Assembly: GCA_951406725.2 (NCBI GenBank)
Contig: OX597815.1
Span: 150,164,001 to 150,228,000 of the forward strand
Source of the DNA: Octopus vulgaris
Lineage: Eukaryota
Direction: 5' to 3'
Length of the DNA: 64,000 bases
Shown here: piece by piece, positions 56,980 through 64,000 of the stretch
How the letters are laid out: each line of letters opens with the position of its first letter
Numbering within the stretch: the first letter of the stretch is position 1
Program-made: the position numbers and the translations under genes
The notes under the pieces: model-generated
What the model was told of the DNA's origin: nothing
Seen by the model: the letters and a program-made list of their open reading frames with translations, nothing else
The model's database searches: none

Positions 56980-57033
<54 letters not shown>

Positions 57034-57049
57034 GTTGTTGTTGTTGTTG

Positions 57050-57247
57050 TTCAGGTAGCGAGCTAGTAGAATCGTTATCCTTACGTTCTGAGTCCAAATT
57101 ACCCCGAGGTCGACTTTGCCTTCATCCTTTCATCCTTTCAGGATCGATAAAATAAATAGCAGTTGACTACTAGGAGGTGGATTCGATGTAATCAACTCTT
57201 CTCAGCCTACGAAATTGCTAGCCTAGTGCCAAAGTTTGAAACCAATT
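57050..57247 (+). mobile_element. Nin/Deu SINE (tail type C)
   Basis: gaggtcgactttgcc..catcctttc..gataaaataa; tail gtgccaaagtttgaaaccaat. Confidence 0.75.
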
Positions 57248-58551
57248 TTTTAAATATTCATCGTAAAGTAAATACCATCATGACCGAAATCCAAACTACA
57301 GCGGAAAAAGTCTAGCCACTGGATTTGGTTAAAAAGAGTCGATGAGCGATGGCTAGAAGAATATTGAGCTTTATCTAATAATCATTTGATCTAGCTAGCG
57401 GGGTCTCATATCAGTTAGGAGGGCCGGTGCGCGTTGATGCCGTCGAGAGGTAGGCCCCGAAACGGCGCACATTCTCTCCTGATGGCCCCATACACTTACT
57501 GGCTTCCGATATGCGGAGTTTTCGACTGGTAGCACTTGCACGTTCAAGATGTTTGCAAAACATCTACTTTCCAATCCGGCATCATAATAAGATTGAAACC
57601 GTTCCGTTCTGTTCATCCATCCCAGATACTCATACTTCTGGTTCACTTTGCGTTCTATATCTTATTGCCAAAACGTAAGAGAACGAAAATCCACACTTTA
57701 CATCAATACAACTGGCTTTTCACTAATAAAACTATCTCCAGTTATTACAGGGTAAAATTACATGAAAATCAATAATAGATGCAACAGTGGAATATTTCAA
57801 CATCACCTATAAAGAATTTCAAGTATTAAAATCTGGAAATACAGAATAGAATTTGTAGACATGTTAAACACTTCTTTTGATGTATTGAGGGTTAGGAATT
57901 AGTGAAACTATAGAAGACTACATCGTGATTAGAAAGAGCAACCGAATTACATAAAACTGTACGAACTAATATTTGCAACTGGCAATAAAGAAAATATGTG
58001 CAACGCAGTGTGTACATTTATGCGCAGTAATAATGAAAGCAGCATATTAAGGACTGCAATGCCTATTTCTATCTTTTGACATTTGTGAACAACTTTCGTT
58101 TCTGTTATCGTTGTAGTTGTTGTTGTCTCTTAGCCTAAGGTCCAACTATGATCAAATACACTTCTCATCGAAGATATTAAATCCCATAATTTGAGTCGTA
58201 TAACCAAAAATTAAATGAATACTTAGTGCTTGAATTGTTATCATTTAATGAGCATATTGCTTATAGTTACTATGTATTCACAAGGGTTAATGGAGATTAG
58301 GAATTATCAAATAATTTAAGGAATATCGAAGTCTGAATTTCCCGATGCAGGATAGTTAATGCATCCCTTATACATTTTTAAAAAAAAGGTGTGATTTGAC
58401 TACGTTTTGACTCCTCTTTCTAGTAGATTTCATGTTCGTATTGTCGTATTCGTTCCTATTCAATCGGAATACAGAGAAATAAATAACTAAAAGGTAAAGT
58501 TAAAATCTCGAAAAGATATCAATTCTCATATTAATATACCACCACCATAGA

Positions 58552-59000
58552 CGGCGAGGAGCTGGCAGAACCATTAGCAGACCGGGCGAAATGCTTAGCA
58601 GTATTTTGTCTGTCTTTACATTCTGAGTTCAAATTCCACCGAGGTCGACGTTACCGTTCATCCTTTTGCAGTCGATAAATTAATTACCAGTTGCGTGCTC
58701 GGGTCGACCTAATCGACAGGCCCCCTCCCCAAAAAGTTTGGGCCTTGCGCCTAGAATAGTAAAGTATATACAGGCACATATAAGGCGGCGAACTGGCAGA
58801 ATATCTAGCACGCCGGGCAAAATACTCAACAGCATTTCACCTGTCTTTGTGTTCTGAGTTCAAACTCAGCCGGTGTCAACTTTGCCTTTCATCATTTCGA
58901 GGTCAATAAAATAAGTACCAGCTGACCACTGATGTCGATGTAATCGACTTACACCCCGCCCTGAAACTGCTAGCCTTGTGCGAAAATGTGAAACCAACTT
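58552..59000 (+). mobile_element. Two tandem Nin/Deu SINEs (tail types A and C)
   Basis: Full copies at ~58552-58768 and ~58784-59000 with B-boxes and the core domain. Confidence 0.88.
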
Positions 59001-59534
59001 TAACTGTCAGTCGTGGCTCCTATTACTGAAGAATAAAAGGTCCCTGGTGGGTTCTGAATTGAACTCAGAATGAACAGAGACTGTATAGATGCCGTATGCC
59101 ATCCCGAACGTCTTCTAACAATTTACTCAAAGCTATTCCCTGGACAGATATTCTTCTTGCCGGATCTGAAAAGATAAAAGGCCACAATTATAGGAACATA
59201 ACCATTAAACTTGAGAACAGAGCAGCGATTTTGATCAATACTGAAGGCAATTCTCTGACTATCGAGACAGTAATTTTAATTATTATTATTGTTACCTTAT
59301 TATTAATTTGGATATTATAATTTTAATGTTTCATCATAACATTCATAACATGATTATACATTTAAAATGCATTAGTTGATTGTTGCCTCTTCATGCTTTA
59401 CGAATATTTCTTGCACTACACGGAAGTTCATTGCCCCGCTGCACTCAAGAACCAACTCATCTTTGAGGTCAACGCAAACATCGTCTAATCTGTAAGTTTG
59501 CTAATCTATAATATAAGTTATAGCATATATATAC

Positions 59535-59616
<82 letters not shown>

Positions 59617-59626
59617 AGATCGATAG

Positions 59627-59661
<35 letters not shown>

Positions 59662-59924
59662 AAGATAGGTAGATAGATAGATAGATAGATAGGTAGATAG
59701 ATAGACAGACAGACAGACATAGTCATAAGTACGTACATACAAACATACATACATACATACATACATACATACATACATACATACATACATACATACATAC
59801 ATTCATATGTTATACTGGGTTACATGTTACCAGTAGCATTTGAAGGTGACCTGACACATACATATATACATACATGTATACATACATATATACGTACATA
59901 TATATATATATGTATACATGTTTT

Positions 59925-60330
59925 TGTTGGCCGTCCACTCGTGTCCGTGGAACACCATTGCTGACCTTCAGAAACGTTGCGCGCTCTAGGACTAACTTAT
60001 ATTTTGCATTTCGGCTCCGTTGGTAGCTAATGAGCCCTGCTCTTGACACGCATACACGACTGCAAACATTGCAGACCAAGCTTTCCCCCATTCACTACAC
60101 CAGCACTGTGCTTTTGAGCAGCACGCTTAAGTTCTTCATGCAGAATATGTGCTCTTTCAAAAATGTCGACCCCGCTCCTTAACCTACTTCCTAGATCTGT
60201 GGCGATCACAGGCATTGCTTTACCACTCAGTCTCCTGCATATCACAGGACTTGATACGGCCCTTCAATCGCAGCCTCGATTTCTGCCGGGGTCTCTTTCC
60301 ATTCACAAGTTCCCCATATAGCATCTGCTT
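59925..60330 (-). mobile_element. RTE-clade LINE 3' fragment
   Basis: SKQMLYGELVNGKRPRQK.RLR.K and a C-terminal zinc-finger-like LVCNVCSRVCVSRAGLISYQRS. Confidence 0.75.
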
Positions 60331-60417
60331 AGACACATACATATATAAATACATACATACATACATACATACATACATACATACTTACATACATACAGAC
60401 ATACATACAGATATATA

Positions 60418-60828
60418 TTCTCTTTTACTTGTTTCAGTCATTCGACTGCGCCCATGCTGTAGCATCGCCTTTAGTCGAGCAAATCGACCCCAGGACTTAT
60501 TCTTTGTAAACCAAGTACTTATTCAATCGGTCTCTTTTGCCGAAGCCATAAGTTACGGGGACGTAAACACACCACCATCTGTTGTCAAGTGATGTGGGGG
60601 GGGGGGGGTAAACACAAACACACAAACATATGCACATACACACACATATATATATACATATATACGACAGGCTTCTTTCAGTTTCTGTCTAGCATATCCA
60701 CTCACAAGGCTTTAGTCGGCCTGAGGCTATAGTAGAAGACACTTGCCCAAGGTTCCACGCAGTGGGAATAAACCCAGAACAATGTGGTTGGTAAGCAAGC
60801 TACTTACCACACAGACACTCCTGCGCCT
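60418..60828 (-). mobile_element. Full-length CORE-SINE with internal microsatellite
   Basis: Minus strand: tRNA head aggcgcaggagtg.ctgtgtggtaag, CORE ccttgggcaagtgtcttc, internal TA/TG and C run, tail cagcatgg..cagtc.aatgactgaaacaagtaaaag. Confidence 0.9.
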
Positions 60829-61892
60829 GTGTATATTTCTATATAAGAGTAAAAACTTTCTAAATAACAATTGCGAGAACCCTCGGGTATTACAATAAAA
60901 AAAGTCTCATATTAGTTTGAACAAACCAGAACCCAATTTGTTGCAAATGAAATATTGAAACATGTTGGAACAACTTGAAAAGTATTAATAGAAGATTGAC
61001 AGGGGAGCGGAAAATGTAACATCAAAGATTATTGATCATAAACATATAAACAAATGTGAAAGACTGCTAAAGAGCCGGTTCATAAAAGTAGATATCTCAC
61101 TTATTACACTTGTACAAAAGGAATGGTAGTTATGAATAATCTAACGCGTGAGACAACTGAAACTTATGGTGAAAATTTATTTAAAGCATACGAAAATAAG
61201 ATAGGAAAAATGTTCATTATCAGTCAATATGTGGAACGGCCATAAAAAATATGTAAAAATTTATTTGTAAATTCAATTTGTCATGTTGTTCATACGGAAA
61301 ATGTTATCAAAACCGAAATGAGTTTACTGAGATCGTTGACGGATCGGACAAAACGTCTTGCGATATGTCTTATGGCTCTTTTTATGTTCTGATTTCAAAT
61401 CACACTGAGTACAACTTTACTTTTCATCTTTTAAGGGACGATAGGTGTAGCGGCTAAAACCAGCTAAAGATGGTTAAGGTTGACAAGAGACCGCCACTGG
61501 AACCCTTCCAGAGGTGAAAACTAATTCAGTGCTCGCAGCCCTGCTGATGCGAAGTGTAAAAGTTAAGGAGCGAAGTGCTTGTGACTCTGAGATACCGACT
61601 GATGGAACGGAAGAGTTTCGGACATCGTGATGGATTTAGAAAAAGTGCTTGCAATATATCTGATTGCTCGTGCAGTTTCTGCTTGGGACAAAGCATGTCT
61701 GATGATTAGTTCGCGAACATGATTATTTCTCCCCAAACTTTCAGGCTTTGTTCTTATATAGGAAATTGCTATGACGACTAAGAGCAAATGAGATGTAACC
61801 TATTTCTTAGTTCGTATATATTAAATACAATTAAACAAGCGCAGGAATGGCTGTATGGTAAGAAGCTTGCTTGCTAACAACATGGTTCTGGG

Positions 61893-61999
<107 letters not shown>

Positions 62000-62034
62000 T
62001 ACATTATCAATGTAGCTAGTTTCAGTTTAAAACT

Positions 62035-62480
62035 AAATGGCACAAGTATATTCGTCACTAAAGTGACTAAGTGTGCCTCGACTAAGTATAGCTACGAACA
62101 AAGCAATTAGCTATTGACTGCCGAGGGAGACCACCAACCTACAACAAGCTAGGGCGTTAGATTTCGCATACTACTCCGTAGCGTAGGGCTAATGTAACTC
62201 GCCTTGTCAGTTTATACAAACATCATAGGAATCGGTGCCTGATTCAGTGGAATGGTAAAGTGAAAATTGTAAAATATGAAGGTGGTTACTCGCAATTTAA
62301 AAGCAAAGGCACAAGTACAATCGCAATTAAAGTGACTATGGTTGCAAGTCAGCACCAGTAGGACTAGAAATAAGAGTCAAAACAACTTTTAGCCACGAAC
62401 AGAGCACTATTTATTGACCGACAAGGGAGACAACCTCCCTACAGCAGAGGGTCAGGTCATCAATGATTTCGGATACTTTT
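62035..62480 (+). repeat. Diverged local duplication (two units ~270 bp apart)
   Basis: ggcacaagta..taaagtgacta..tagc.acgaaca.agca..tattgac..agggagac.a..cctaca..gatttcg.atact appears at ~62039 and ~62308. Confidence 0.6.
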
Positions 62481-62614
62481 AGTAATGCTGGTGTAGACTT
62501 TCATCCTTAGTCAATTTAGTGTCTATTGCATATGTATGTGCGTGTGCGTGCATGTGTGTGTGTATGTGTGTGTGTGTGTGTATTCCGAATTTGTGTGAAT
62601 GTGTATAGAATAAT

Positions 62615-62925
62615 ACATCAGTTTAATAAACTTAAAACATGGTCCGGTTTACATATCTTTTTAATATCGTATTTTAACATTAAAAAAATATTTTGCAATA
62701 TTCATAAAGTTCAATTAGCGCTTTCATACGTTCGTAGTAATCATCAGATTCAAAATGTATTTAACTGATTGTTGAGTTCTTAACAACTGTAGAACGCTCC
62801 AACAAGCTGAATTTTTTTAATACGGTTTTCACCAATCCGCTCACAAAATATATTTTTAATGTTAAAATACCATAATAAAAAACGTGAAAACCAGACCATA
62901 TTTTAACTTTATTCAGCTGATATAT
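62615..62925. mobile_element. Fold-back element containing a minimal hammerhead motif
   Basis: Arms atcagtttaataaacttaaaacatggtc..gtattttaacattaaaaa / tttttaatgttaaaatac..gaccatattttaactttattcagctgat. Confidence 0.7.
62710..62753 (-). ncRNA. Minimal type I hammerhead ribozyme candidate
   Basis: Minus strand: ttgAAT CTGATGA tTAC tacgaac GTAt GAAA GCGC TA ATTgaa. Both conserved boxes intact, palindromic stem III, CUA triplet; stems I and II are weak. Confidence 0.6.
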
Positions 62926-64000
62926 ATATATATATATATCAGGAATGTAGGGACGATTTTATAATAAAAATATACAAGTATAAGTTGACAAACCGACCTT
63001 TGTTTCACCTCTATTGACTCTATAGCATGGAAAATCCAGTCATATAATTTTATTTATCGGCGATATACTAACTTGCTTCTTGTTTTGAGATTTTGAACAC
63101 TTCAAAGGGTATTTTATTGTTATTTGCTTAGTTACATAAATATGAACTTTAAAATTTACTATTTTGCATATGTGACTTCTTACCGTAAACAACGAACTGT
63201 ACGATTTCATCCGCAAATGATTAATTCGAAGTGCGCGAATGAACTTCTTTGCTCACAAACATAACAGGGAGGAAAATAAATATTTATGAATAGAAGTGTT
63301 TCATCTTGGTAATGTAAAATATTTCTGATAGCATAGTTTACCAAAATCTACTACGAAGCCTCACCTCAATAAGAACGAAATAACTACCATATTTAAGTCA
63401 AAGAAAACAATTCATAAAATAATATTGGACATGACATCAAACTAACCAGAAATAAAATGTATATTCAGTGCTTGAATTTTTATCATTTAATGAGCATATC
63501 CTTTATAGCAACGCAACCGTGTATTCACAGGGGCTAATGGAGTTAAATAATTATCTTTACAGATGGTACTGTTTTAGTTTATTCCCATAAAGATCCATTA
63601 TTTTTGAAAGAAAAATTGAAACCGTAAACTTGGTTCGATCGTAATAAAATACTGGCGCTGTCTATAAAGTCTAAATGCAATGTCTTTTAACCAAAAAGGC
63701 TATTAAAGTTATCGACATCGTTTCTCTAAAATATAGCTCGGGAAAATAATATCCATAATCGTTGAGAAAAAAAATGTTTTGCATTCTGTAAGATGAAATG
63801 CGTAACATTAAATAAAATACACACATGATATTAAAGCTGAATATTAAATTTAAATATTTATAGAAATGCAAAATTTTATGCATATAAATATAAAGAATGT
63901 GTATCGCTGATCTAATGCTACTATAGCGTCGAATGATACTTTGAAATAAACGTAGATACGACGAAAAACGCTGTAACCCATAGAAATCAAACTGCTACGT

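Overview
AT-rich, microsatellite-dense eukaryotic DNA with no host protein-coding gene that I can recognise. Nearly all listed ORFs are microsatellite or low-complexity artefacts. The repeat content resembles a coleoid cephalopod (Octopus-like) intron or intergenic region; this is an inference. The window is a mosaic of transposon remnants: (1) several tRNA-derived SINE families (Nin/Deu-domain and CORE-type); (2) a 2.3-kb 5'-truncated R4/Dong-type RLE LINE and further Dong fragments, mostly embedded in TAA tracts; (3) Tx1/L1, RTE and CR1-like LINE fragments; (4) Tc1, mariner, maT (DD37D), rosa-like and piggyBac-like DNA transposon relics. Four signals stand out. First, there are many short non-coding fold-back elements with Penelope-like architecture (an inverted copy of part of their own sequence) carrying minimal hammerhead ribozyme (HHR) motifs. 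These include one fully canonical HHR (9394-9470, minus), a tRNA-headed family with an HHR, and families that keep the HHR topology with a divergent catalytic box. Second, a Tx1-type LINE and a SINE share a 3' tail and both end at the same position inside another SINE's head. Third, a 329-bp TGT...ACA element has 102-bp TIRs partly made of gypsy RT sequence and a 5-bp TSD. Fourth, a ~520-550-bp non-coding element is confined to TAA tracts. All calls were made by eye, without alignment or folding software, so boundaries of degenerate elements are approximate.
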